Shown: piece after piece, positions 1-11,052 of the stretch
Layout: each line of letters starts with the position of its first letter
Numbering within the stretch: position 1 is the stretch's first letter
Assembly: GCF_902652985.1 (NCBI RefSeq)
Contig: NC_047017.1
Location: 48,980,001-49,044,000, forward strand
Length of the DNA stretch: 64,000 bases
From: Pecten maximus
Lineage: Eukaryota
Direction of reading: 5' to 3'
Notes under the pieces: generated by a model
Databases searched by the model: none
What the model was told of the DNA's origin: nothing
The model's input: the letters and a program-made list of their open reading frames with translations, nothing else
Translations under genes and position numbers: made by a program

Positions 1-2644
1 TAATCAGGTCCATATAAAGAAAGAGGATACTGTGAAACCTTAAACATTTGAGTAAAATGATATATTTTGTAATGTTAATGGTGCCTATGTGTGAATGACC
101 AGGAATAAGATACTGCAATAGGTGAGTTTTACAATAAATTTTCAATGGCTTTAATGTATGAAACGGACCACGGCTTTCTCTATTTTATGTTTATTGTGGG
201 TGTAAACTGTTCTCGCATCTAATTAAAATATATAATAACTTTGAAATGACATTTACTATCAGATGGAAACAGGATATGAGGAGACACAACTTACTTGTCC
301 TCCAATTGATCTCCAGTTGATTGTCCCTCCTAGAAATATATTATTGGTGGCACAGGTAAATCCTGAAAAACTAAGGAATAGTACAATTATATGAAGACAG
401 TAGCACGTATCCATGCTAGACTACGACCAGTCCGCCTTGTGTCCAGTAAGGCCATACCGGGTATCGTGACATTGTACTTTATCAGTAAACCCGTAATTAC
501 CCACAGTTACACAGAAACCGGTAGTCACTGCAAGTGTACCAAATCACAAACATACCACATTTACTGTTGACAAAAAACGAAAGTCTAATTCTGTTTCTCT
601 TTTTAGGTGAATTCGTCGATCTTCCTCTATTTTGATATTTGCTTAGGTCCATTTAACTGTCCTGACTTTCCAACCAGAACTCCCACCGATAGCCTTGGAC
701 AACACTGACGAGGTCTAGAAGGACAAAACAACTCTTTGATACAGTTTATGATCCTTATTTGGCATTTACGGTTTGTGTCCCCAATCACCGTTAAGGTACT
801 GGTCACTCGTCTGTTTTGTACTCTCCTTTAAAAGATATGTGACACATTTTGTTTCTGTATATTAGCTTTTTAGAATATATCGTTAAGAATTTAAACTGTT
901 ACCATTAATACTAAAAGTACTTACATATTAACAATAAGTAAACGAATAGCAAGGGAAGACTAGGAAAAGATGCAATTATCAATCAAATCATTGTCATTGA
1001 TATTCAACATTTAAGTGGAGAAAATGTTACATTTATACAAGTTAAAGTGTGTAGAGACGGCTTGCTCATTTGCATATAAATCGTATGGTTATACGATTAA
1101 GATCCCCCTTACAATTAATTAAAAAAGGATTTGGAAACAAACTTGTATCAATATATGGCCAAGGATAGTTCATAAGGAGTACTGAAGTATACTTTCATAA
1201 AATAATTTGTCAAATGATAAAAGAGTTGACTAAATTGTCCCATTAAGGAATGAATAGTTCAAATGTTTAAAATGAATTAAAACTGTACATTTATTTGACT
1301 GTTTAATCTCATTTACTTTGTTCAATTTACATTAATGTAGCACAAGGCTAATATAGATGCCTGATTTTGTGGTTTGTATATTGGACACAAACAATATTTA
1401 CATACCTAGTGACCTAGCATATGTAAGTATGAATCAGTTATCAGAAAATGGATTCCCACCCAAGTTAAATCTAAATGTATGTACACTGTTTCTGTAACAT
1501 TATATTTAGCCCAGTGGGCCAGTCAAAGTTTTTGTTTTGGTGGCTTATCCTTATTTATGTCCATTAATCCGTGTAATCAACACCGCCTACCAGTCACAGG
1601 TCTCCACATGGAGTACTATCTGTATATCAGGTACACCAGTTATTGTGTTAGTCTGTGTCCAGTTTAAAAGGTTTAATCATAGTTGTCAGTCTGTAACAAC
1701 ATTTAAATGTCCGGATGATTATTAACAAAGGGCGTATCAAAAAAAATCGTTAAAGGTATATACTATTTACGTCATAGTCATTGGTGATTTTTCAGTTGTA
1801 ACTGGTCGTGAAATTAAAAAAACTTAAAAATAAGGCTGATTCCCGATTTGATTCAATTCCATAACCTTTCTGGAACATTATTTATGACAGGCAGTGAAAA
1901 AAACTAAAATGTTTTGGCAGCAAACAATGGAATTTGATTAATTATTTAACGTTTTATTAATCATTACCTTTGCTGAAATGTTGTAGAGATTATGTTAATA
2001 GTTTCAGACTGTATGTGCCGCTATATACGACACCTGGGTTAACTAGTTGCTCTATTTAATGGACTATTCGTCCGCTCGATGCTAATCAGGCAGAGGCTCC
2101 TCAACCAGATCGTCCCTTCATTCATACTTTACAGTTGACAACTTGGCTGTGTATACTGTATAGTGACAAGTCACAGTTATAAACGACTTAGTACTACGAG
2201 AATTTGAATGCAATACGGTACATCTATTGTACAGGTAAGTGGATATAACTTGTTGTATATTCATTATCTTGTACTGTGTGCTTCCAATGGCGTTAGTACA
2301 TTTTAACATTGCTAGTTTTTTTCTCATGTAAGAAAGTAAATCTACCCAATTATGTATAGCCATTGACTTGTGCTGTGTGTTCTAAAGTCGATAGTACATT
2401 TTCATGTATATATTTTATCATTGCTAGTAATGCTTTCTTATTTGTCGTATTTCGATACTGTTTGTGTATAAAGGTTCTTACTACACGTGATTTTATTGAA
2501 AACTCGTGGTCACCGTCAGAATAAATTAAGATATTTGGTCCGAGACTCAGTAATATTAAGAAGAATAGTCTTTAACCAAGTACATGTTCAGGAGAACAAA
2601 AATCTGCGAAACGTTTCGGCGAATCATGTCCTCTGGCCGAGAAA

Positions 2645-2852
2645 TATCACAGTCTGTAAAAATGGTAGTTGCTTTTCCTACTTAACGCTCAGTATTCTGG
2701 GATTGGTACGAATGGTTAGTCCGTCGTCAGCAAAATGTTACTAAATGGGGTGTCCTGCTGGTTGTCTTAGGCAGTATGCTTCAGTGAGATAGCACTATAA
2801 AGTCGGGATCAGTTCCTCGCTATCACAAGGAGGCAAATATTAACTTATCGCA
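2645..2852 (+). mobile_element. Degenerate Meta-domain-like SINE, 5' part (continues at about 3513-3620 after a nested LINE insertion)
   Basis: aaaaatggtagttgcttttcctacttaacgctcagtatt ... cttcagtgagatagcactataaa resembles the mollusc Meta-SINE body as I recall it. A SINE-like tail (ttttaataggacgttaacttaaac) resumes after 3523. Confidence 0.5.
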
Positions 2853-3512
2853 ATAACATTCACTCATAAACAAACAAATCCTGATCCCCCTATTTTCTTT
2901 AATAATCATTCAATAACACAACAGGACTGTCCAAACACTTAGGTTTAACTTTTAATAAAAAAAAAGGGGGGTACCTAGTCTGATCATATATCCAATATTT
3001 ATGAGCCATAAGGATTACAACAGGTCAAAGAATATGTATATATCACCATATACTTTACTCAGAAGAAAATTAGAAACAGAACAAAGAAATCATAATCACA
3101 AACTTACATTTGTGTATAAAATCATTAATATATATACACCTACATATCTCTATGAATTCAACCAACCATTCATAAATACAAATAATTTTAGAAATGAAAG
3201 AATCCTCAATATTCCTTCTACTTGAACTATAACAATTATAATTACTGGAACTCTCTTGATGACTTTTATAAGAAATTCTGTTTTAATTTCTAGGTATAAA
3301 TCTAAACTAAAAACAGGAGTTTCTTATAACTAACTCTCCAACTATGTGACAATATTTTTTGTATAATCTACAGGAAAGAATTTATAACATTAAACCTAAC
3401 CTGATATCCAGTCCCCTTTGTCAATACTAAGTTTTGATAATTTTCTGTGTATTGTGAGAATACTTTGTCTTATATTTGTTGTGTTGACAAACTATTTTGA
3501 AATGAAAAAAAA
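2853..3512 (+). mobile_element. 5'-truncated, decayed CR1/L2-group LINE fragment with poly(A) tail and 11-bp TSD
   Basis: Remnant peptides PPIFFNNHSI..SKHLGLTF..SDHISNI and HKLTFVYKIINIYTPTYL. It ends in tgaaatgaaaaaaaaaa and is flanked by the direct repeat aacttatcgca at 2842-2852 and 3513-3523. Confidence 0.65.
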
Positions 3513-4107
3513 AACTTATCGCAGGCTTCCAAAGCACACATATACTCACCACATACATGCATCTCACACAAACAGTGTCTTAAATTAATCACAACTTTTA
3601 ATAGGACGTTAACTTAAACCTGCCCTCCTTCAAGATAATAAAAGATAAATCGCTCAAAATAGACGTTAAATTGAAATTGACTATATGGCTCCGAGATATT
3701 GAAGAATTACACAATCCCTTTACTTCCTAAAGAGATTCTACTGAATCTGAAACTGACATGTTTATATCTTTGTCATCTGTTAAAGAGGTTATGGCATGAG
3801 AACTAAGTGTATTACTGTGTATTTGATGTCGATATCAAGTGTATTACTATTCTATTATATCTTATTATCTATCAGGATTTTTTCCTATTCCTCAAATTAT
3901 TCATGAAAGAAAAAGAAATCAATTATTTCATTTATGATCATGGATGTTTTCTTTTATTTTAGGCTGACTAATCCCGATGCATAGCTGTGAGAAAATTTGG
4001 AATTATGTTAACACAAAACATGAGTTTTTCATTGTGAACAAGTATGATTGGGTGTGATAGATGTGATAAAAATCAAGTCATTATTCATCACTTACGGTAA
4101 CTACAGT

Positions 4108-6279
4108 ATGTTCAGAATTAGATATCCAAGATTTGGACGATGGAAGCTGACCTGTCTTGTGTCGACGCTTCTCATGTTGGGGGGACTAGGACTCATAATA
4201 GAGGTTTCTCTTGTGTCTTCAAGGTATGACCTTGTCAAAGTCAACCCTCAAGGGGAAGCCCTTCGTACTAAGGACACTGTTCGTGCCAATGAGGAAGAAG
4301 ATGAAATCATGGATAATGAACCAAATGACTTTGTTTCCAATCAACCTGCAAAACGTGCAAATCGCAGAGTAAACTTTACCTACCCACTAAATGTAAATAT
4401 TTCTGAAGCGATACACCAAAAAATAATGTATGGTAAACCAATACCGTATATTCCGATTAACTTGCACACATATGCATATATTAATCGACCACCCGATTGT
4501 AAGTTTCCAAACGGAAATACTAAGAACATTTTGGTATTCATTAAGTCCCCAGCTACAAACATAGATCAGAGAATAGCAGTACGGTCTCTATGGCGACAGG
4601 TTGTCGATCCAGCTATTAAACTCGTCTTCACACTTGGAAGTGTGACTGGACCAAAATGGCGGATAGAACAAGAGAGTAGATTGTATCATGACATTTTGCA
4701 GGAAAGTTTTGACGACCACCTGAACAGCACTTTGAAAATCGTCATGTCTTACAGCTGGGCCGTCAGATATTGTCCGATGGCAGATCTGCTTTTATTTCTA
4801 AATGACAATTTTTACGTCGAACTCAACAAAATGGCCGCTTACTTGCGAGTTTTAATGGAGAATAACAGCCGTGATATGTACATTGGTAAAGTAGTATCGT
4901 ATGTTCCACCTTACAGGGACCAAAGCGAACGACTATTCTTTCCATTTGAGTGGTACATGTCCGATGGTGTTCCATCGTTTGTCCGCGGTGGCGCGTATGC
5001 CGTCACGTATGACGTAGCTCAGAAAATAAACATGGCGTTTCCGTACGTAAAATACCTCAACATTGATGATGTTTACGTTGGTATCGTGGCTGACAAACTT
5101 TCCATTCGTCCGTTAAATGATGATCGTTTTGATCCTAACAATAACAATGCTTTAGTGTGGGAATGTTCCGATGTGGCTACTGAGCTCCTACAGAAGAACT
5201 GTCCTCTGTCAGGAAAGAATCGTCAAAAACTGATCGACTATAAAGAGGAAGTTCAATTTAACTCAAAATACAACACGACGAACCGGTACCTCTACTATGG
5301 AATGAACTTTTCCTACCCATTGCATATCGACCTTCTGAAATGTGTATCGGCGGCTATATCACAAAACGAACCTATACCTCATGAACCGATTAATCCCCAT
5401 CCATTCCACTACCTACATCGACCACCCAGTTGTGCATTCCCTCAGGATCCAAATGGCAATAAAAACATCCTCATCATGGTAAAATCTTTTGTTGGAAATT
5501 TTGAATTGCGCCAGGCAATTCGTTCAGTGTGGGAAAAGATAGGAGATTCTCATATCAAAAGGGTATTTACACTAGGATACCGAGATACCAACCAAAGCAT
5601 GGTCCAGTTAGAAAGTAAAAAGTATAAGGATTTAATACAAGAAGATTACCTAGATGCATATCTTAATAATACGTTAAAAACTATAATGTCGTTTAATTGG
5701 GCGGTGAAGTTTTGTCGAACGGCAGATTTTGTGTTCTTTGTGGACGACGACTACTACGTGAAAGAGCGCCAGCTGGCAGGTTATCTACGAAGTTTGAAAA
5801 GGAAGAAAGACTTACTCCTCGGGAGACTGGTGATCCATGCGCCTCCCTACAGGGGCAAGGAAAAGTGGCATTTAACATACCAGCAATATCCTTATAATCG
5901 CTTCCCTCCTTATCTTAGCGGTGGTGCATTTGTAGCCAGTTTTGATGTTGTTCGAAAGTTTTACTTTGCTTTTCCTTATGTGAAATATTTGGGTCTAGAT
6001 GATGTATACTTGGGAATTGTGGCCAAGAAATTATCAGTTATACCTAGAAATGAAACTTATTTTGATTCGGCTAATGACTTTGCTATTGCGAAGGAATGTT
6101 CACACGACCCCCAACAGCTTCTTAATGAACAATGTACACTAATTGGGTACGTTATACCGACCACTGAGGAGCCTCTGGAAGATTTACCTCCTATTGGTGT
6201 GATGGAACACGTCAAACGATTGATTCATGTGACACTGTCTGGTCTCACCAAGATGATAGCCTCTAACCCTGCCGCGTAA
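4108..6279 (+). CDS. Glycosyltransferase family 31 (beta-1,3-galactosyltransferase / brainiac-like) with two tandem catalytic domains, single coding exon, about 723 aa
   Basis: The ORF track starts at TTG 4048, but the first ATG is 4108 (MFRIRYPRFG). A short basic tail and a TM anchor (LTCLVSTLLMLGGLGLIIEVSLV) follow. GT31 motifs occur twice: IKS..N..R..VR..W / VFTLG / ES..Y.DI.Q..F.D / N.TLK / DDVYVG, and VKS..N..R.AIR..W / FVDDDYY / PPYLSGGAF / DDVYLG. A polypyrimidine acceptor (ttttcttttattttag) ends at 3962, implying an upstream 5'UTR intron. Confidence 0.9.
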   Translation: MFRIRYPRFGRWKLTCLVSTLLMLGGLGLIIEVSLVSSRYDLVKVNPQGEALRTKDTVRANEEEDEIMDNEPNDFVSNQPAKRANRRVNFTYPLNVNISEAIHQKIMYGKPIPYIPINLHTYAYINRPPDCKFPNGNTKNILVFIKSPATNIDQRIAVRSLWRQVVDPAIKLVFTLGSVTGPKWRIEQESRLYHDILQESFDDHLNSTLKIVMSYSWAVRYCPMADLLLFLNDNFYVELNKMAAYLRVLMENNSRDMYIGKVVSYVPPYRDQSERLFFPFEWYMSDGVPSFVRGGAYAVTYDVAQKINMAFPYVKYLNIDDVYVGIVADKLSIRPLNDDRFDPNNNNALVWECSDVATELLQKNCPLSGKNRQKLIDYKEEVQFNSKYNTTNRYLYYGMNFSYPLHIDLLKCVSAAISQNEPIPHEPINPHPFHYLHRPPSCAFPQDPNGNKNILIMVKSFVGNFELRQAIRSVWEKIGDSHIKRVFTLGYRDTNQSMVQLESKKYKDLIQEDYLDAYLNNTLKTIMSFNWAVKFCRTADFVFFVDDDYYVKERQLAGYLRSLKRKKDLLLGRLVIHAPPYRGKEKWHLTYQQYPYNRFPPYLSGGAFVASFDVVRKFYFAFPYVKYLGLDDVYLGIVAKKLSVIPRNETYFDSANDFAIAKECSHDPQQLLNEQCTLIGYVIPTTEEPLEDLPPIGVMEHVKRLIHVTLSGLTKMIASNPAA

Positions 6280-6336
6280 TTAGCAGTAATATTCCCGATC
6301 ACCAAAACGTTTGGCCTGGTGACATATAATATGCAT

Positions 6337-6402
6337 TTCGTGGACAATGACTAATGTGTGAAAGAGCGTGAGTTGACTAGTTATCTAGGAATGTTAACGA
6401 GG
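6337..6402 (+). pseudogene. Decayed copy of the GT31 DxD-motif segment in the 3'UTR
   Basis: Translates as FVDND*CVKERELTSYLGMLTR, compared with FVDDDYYVKERQLAGYLRSLKR in domain 2 (5737-5802). Confidence 0.7.
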
Positions 6403-8292
6403 GTACCTGTTAAAGACAACTGAAGAAAGAGGAGAAGAAACTATCATAAATTCATAAAATTTATTCTATCAACGCCATATTTATTTTTGTATTTTGGAAC
6501 AGATCGGAAGATAAATTTAACAATGCATCGATTGTTGATTACAAGAATACTATTTCTGGTTGGTCTTAAACACTTCGAATCGTCAGAAAGGATAATTTGA
6601 AGCATATGGATTTGAAATTTTATTTCATGAAATGTATGTGCTGTTTGCGTTTGCTACATAAAAGATTTAGATACAGGATTTGATTTTTAGAATATGGCTT
6701 CTTCATGTTTTAAACGCCAGATTATCCCTTTATATGGCGAATGGAACGCGTTTGGTGACGTACTGAAGGCCAGGCCAATGCATAACAAAATAATCCTTAA
6801 TCTTTCAATATTATAAGAAACCTCGATCTTACACGTGCAGAAATCTTACATTGAGTATCATTGTTCGATTCTTTATGTCGTTACATCATAAATGTAATTA
6901 TCGTACAGTGGACTCCGTGTTAAAATCTCAAAATTAAAATTCAATATGTCGGTAACTCCTGCCTGTCGTGCATTATGTCCAAGATAATATACTATTATTA
7001 TTTTGTTTTATACAAAACAATATAAACAAACAGTTTATAAACTGTATAGATAATACAACTTTATCTGACATTTGTTAGGATTTAAAACGCGAAATAGTAT
7101 CATTGTATGCCTTAAACTGTAACAATCTTTGTCCTCGTAACGGTGTAGCATGTAGAACAGAGTTGTCTCTCTTTGTCCGTAGAGACACACTCTCCTTCGT
7201 CCAGGTCAAGAAAAATGAGCAAGCAGTTAGAAAAAATCTACCCGTATTATAAAAGGTCGTATCTGTGTGATAATGTACGGCAACACATCTAGAAGTACAA
7301 ATAAAATAATGAAATCTATTTGTGTGCTGCCTTATAACTTATATACATACTCGTATCTTTTTATAAAGACCTATATCATTTTGTATCTATCTGTTCAATA
7401 CCAAACTACGAAAGTCCATGGTTAACACAAGATTCCATTGTGTTCCGTTATATTCGTCGCCAATGTTACGAACCCGATAAAGGAACACACAAAGTGTTTT
7501 TTCCTCCAAAGAAATGGAACGACAAACATTTTGTTCAAGCTGCTTCAGGAATGGATAACTATCAACACACTTTTAAAATATATCTTTTAATATATCCATG
7601 TTAACTGAACAAAAACAATTGTTAATATAAAACAATGATACAAAACAACATGGCAATACAATCTATGTACAATTAAATACATAACAATGTGGTAATAAAA
7701 TCAACATCTATGTACAATTTAAAAATACAACACAATATACAATTAAATATAAAACATTGAAGTAACAAATGACAATAAAAAGAAAATAAATTCAGTAGGA
7801 AAACATCCTTAATGATGTTATACATACATCTAACAACGCCTGTTAGAAATGACAGCTATGAATAAATATAAAAAAAAAATCAATCATTTAAATAAGATAT
7901 ATAAAATGTGTAAAATTGTCAATAAACAATAACCGATTCTATTGGTCCATTCTGGATACACAATGTAACGGTGGTGTTGTAAACACCAGTGTCCATTTAT
8001 CACATATTGCACGACATTTCCGTAACATAAACATTCATAAATATGATTCTAGTGTGTATTGCTATGTAGCGTACCAATAATCACAAGTCACTGTTTAACA
8101 AAAACTGAAGTTTTTACCTTATCATATAAATAATCCTATATATTTTATATTCTATTTCTTTATACAAAATAGCAGTATTTCAACGTTTAAATCAGCTGGA
8201 ATCACATTTTTATTAATAACTAATTTAATAATCTCATTTTTATCAATAACTCGCTTAATAAGGTACAGAGTCTAAAGTTACAAACCCAGCTA

Positions 8293-9544
8293 TCACTTAT
8301 AGTTGTTTCTGGACTTTGACTTCTGTACCATTCTAGCCGCCTGTCCGTAAGAAATATTGCTCTCCACTGTATCCCAGGTATCCGCCTCACCAGTAGCCAT
8401 CCCTGGAGGAGTAGCCATTCCGCTTGCTCCCATTGACATCATTGGAGCACTAGAAGGGACTGCAGCAAAACGAGCACGGGCACTACCTCTTGGACGTGCC
8501 ATGCCGCTTCCCATGCTAGGAGCCATCGCCGAAGCCATACCGCTTCCCATGCTAGGAGCCATCGCCGAAGCCATACCGCTTCCCATGCTAGGAGCCATCG
8601 CCGAAGCCATACCGCTTCCCATGCTAGGAGCCATCGCCGAAGCACTGAAGTTTGATCTGACATCTTCCATGTTGGTAAATTCTGCCAACTTTTTAGAGCT
8701 TGCAGAAGCGGCTTCTAAATCGAAATTATTTCTCTGTAGTTTCTTGCCCCTTATGCCTTTACTGTCCATCTTAGCCTGTACTCTACGAGTCATTTCATCG
8801 TCATTTATTTGGTTCCCCATTGATATTTCCCTTTGTACCTCTTCGTCCACTTCAGCCATCCATCGTTCCAGTGATATTTCTTCCTGTGCCCCTCCTATGA
8901 TAACCTGTGTGAGGGCCTTAGCACCCCTCAGTGGTATATACTGGCCTCCTGTTAGGTAGGCGATGGCAGTGAAGAATTCTTTGTAGGGATTGATATCTGG
9001 TTCACACCCAACAGAATATAATGTTATTCCCTTCGCTGCAAGTTGCCTTACAATGTCCATGGGATCCAGTCCTGCTGGACAACCATTAGGGAACCCGTCC
9101 CCATGGGGAGCTAGACCGTGGGGTGGGGCATCGGATACCAGCACACAGATTTTAGTAGCGTTCTCTCTCCAGGAAAGTTTAAGCATATCGTGAAGAGCGT
9201 CGGCCACAGCCTCCGGACTATCCCCTCCACCCTGTGCACTACAGCCATCCAACCATGACTTCATGGTGGACACGGAGGCAGTAAAGTCATGTGGGCGTGT
9301 CACAAACGAAGGATCCTGAGGGGGGTGGTCGCGGTATTCCACCAAGGCCAAATGTACGTCACTTTTTTCACTTGACACAATTTGTTCCACAATTGCACGA
9401 ATGTTGGTGCGAGCTGTGTCAATATAACTGCCCCATACTTCCCGTACAGTCCATAGCGAAGGCGAGATCTAACACAGCACAATCATGTTTCGCTAGCGAC
9501 GGCTGAGAAGGTGTTCCTTCTACGGTTACTTTGTTCGTAGCCAT
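8293..9544 (-). CDS. von Willebrand factor A (MIDAS) domain protein resembling the vWA domain of alpha-kinase vwkA-type proteins; intronless; 1-nt frameshift at 9431-9434 (about 416 aa if corrected)
   Basis: ATG 9544 gives MATNKVTVEG...VLDLAFAMDCTGSMG. Removing one C from the C4 run continues as SYIDTARTNIRAIVEQIVSS..LALVEYRDHPPQD..GGGDSPEAVADAL..ICVLVSDAPPHG. The MIDAS DxTGS, GGGD.PEA and DAPPH motifs are present. No kinase domain is seen. Confidence 0.8.
8498..8643 (-). repeat. Coding 36-bp tandem repeat x4 (ASAMAPSMGSGM) in the vWA protein C-terminus
   Basis: Near-identical units gccataccgcttcccatgctaggagccatcgccgaa on the + strand. Confidence 0.95.
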
Positions 9545-9705
9545 CTTTTAATACCGATATGCGTGTATACTGTAGAGGCAATAGGTAATATCGAGATGAT
9601 ATGCTTACGGTCCACTCAGAATAAATGATGGGTAGACATTACGCCTCTCAATATTTATTTGTTGTGGTTGGAAAACCCGGTGTGTCTATATATACACGTG
9701 TAAAC

Positions 9706-11052
9706 CAGAGACATATATACAGAGAGATAAGTAACATCGCTATTTCCCCGTACACGTAGTGGCTGGCTCCCTTTATTCGTGACCACTCAAGCATATCCCT
9801 TATCGAGAGCGTCCTGTGTCCTATCAAACCAAGCGAGCGCAGGTAAATCGGGCTTTGCGCATGTGTGTATCGATGTATTGGAACTTATTCGAGATGTTCT
9901 GGTTAATCCGCCATTACGTCAGACCAAAACATCGTCATTTTAAATACACACAGAAAGCACATCGTTTTATTTTGGCCACTACAAAAGTTACCACATTAAC
10001 CAAAAACTATCAAACTTATGGGATATAGTCTTATTGATCATGCACATTGTTGTCATTTATCCGTATTTTCGAAAATCCATTGGGTCCTATTCGACATGTC
10101 CAAGTTTGTAATTAGCCGCCATTACGTCAGACCAAAACATCGTCAATTTTAAACGCACACAAAAAGCACATCGTTTTATTTTGGCCACTACAAAAGTTAC
10201 CACATTAACCAAAAACTATCATACTTATGGGATATAGTCTTATTGATCATGCACATTGTTGTCATTTATCCGTATTTTCGAAAATCCATTGGGTCCTATT
10301 CGACATGTCCAAGTTTGTAATTAGCCGCCATTATGTCAGACCAAAACATCGTCAATTTTAAACGCACACAAAAAGCACATCGTTTTATTTTGGCCACTAC
10401 AAAAGTTACCACATTAACCAAAAACTATCATACTTATGGAATATAGTCTTATTGATCATGCACATTGTTGCCATTTATCCGTATTTTCGAAAATCCATTG
10501 GGTCTTATCGACATGTCCAAGTTTTGTAATTAAGCAGCCATTACGTCCGACAAAAACATCGTCAATTTTAAACGCACACAAAAAGCACATCGTTTTATCT
10601 AGGCCACTACAAAAGTTACCACATTAACCAAAAACAATCATACTTATGGAATGTGGTCTTGATTATCATGCACATTGTTGTCATTTATCCGTATTCTCGA
10701 AAACCCCATAGGGACTTTTCGAAAATTGGAGATTCCCGCCGATCTTTCCTGCGTTGTGTTTGACTTTCATACTCAAAATACAAACACTTGGACAGCAAAT
10801 TGTGATATATTTCATATTGATGACACTTCTGCACTTTGATATTAATAAAATTAACGCACATAATTGGATCTTGGTGATGATTTCAAATAGAAATTATCGA
10901 TAATTATGTGTCTGGTTTTCAAGTTTTCTCCAATATGGCGTCTAGTGAGGACTGAACCGAGCGACCGCAAAGGATTGTGGGAAGGTCAGGGGCCACTATG
11001 TAAACACAAGGGCAAATAGAGAGCTGCCAATCTCTCTGTTTATATGTCTCTG
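9706..11052. mobile_element. Non-autonomous TIR DNA transposon, copy 1 (1347 bp), with about 3.8 internal ~210-bp tandem repeats
   Basis: 23-bp TIR cagagacatatatacagagagat / atctctctgtttatatgtctctg. TSD tgtaaac at 9699-9705 and 11053-11059. A near-identical inverted copy lies at 51370-52505. Confidence 0.9.

Noticed and set aside
4048-4107. ORF-track start of the glycosyltransferase
   Set aside because: It is a TTG start; the eukaryotic start is more plausibly ATG 4108, which gives a typical short cytosolic tail.
8357-8959. 200-aa + strand ORF with AIPLPMLGAIAE repeats
   Set aside because: Antisense shadow of the vWA CDS and its 36-bp repeat; non-ATG start and no independent motifs.
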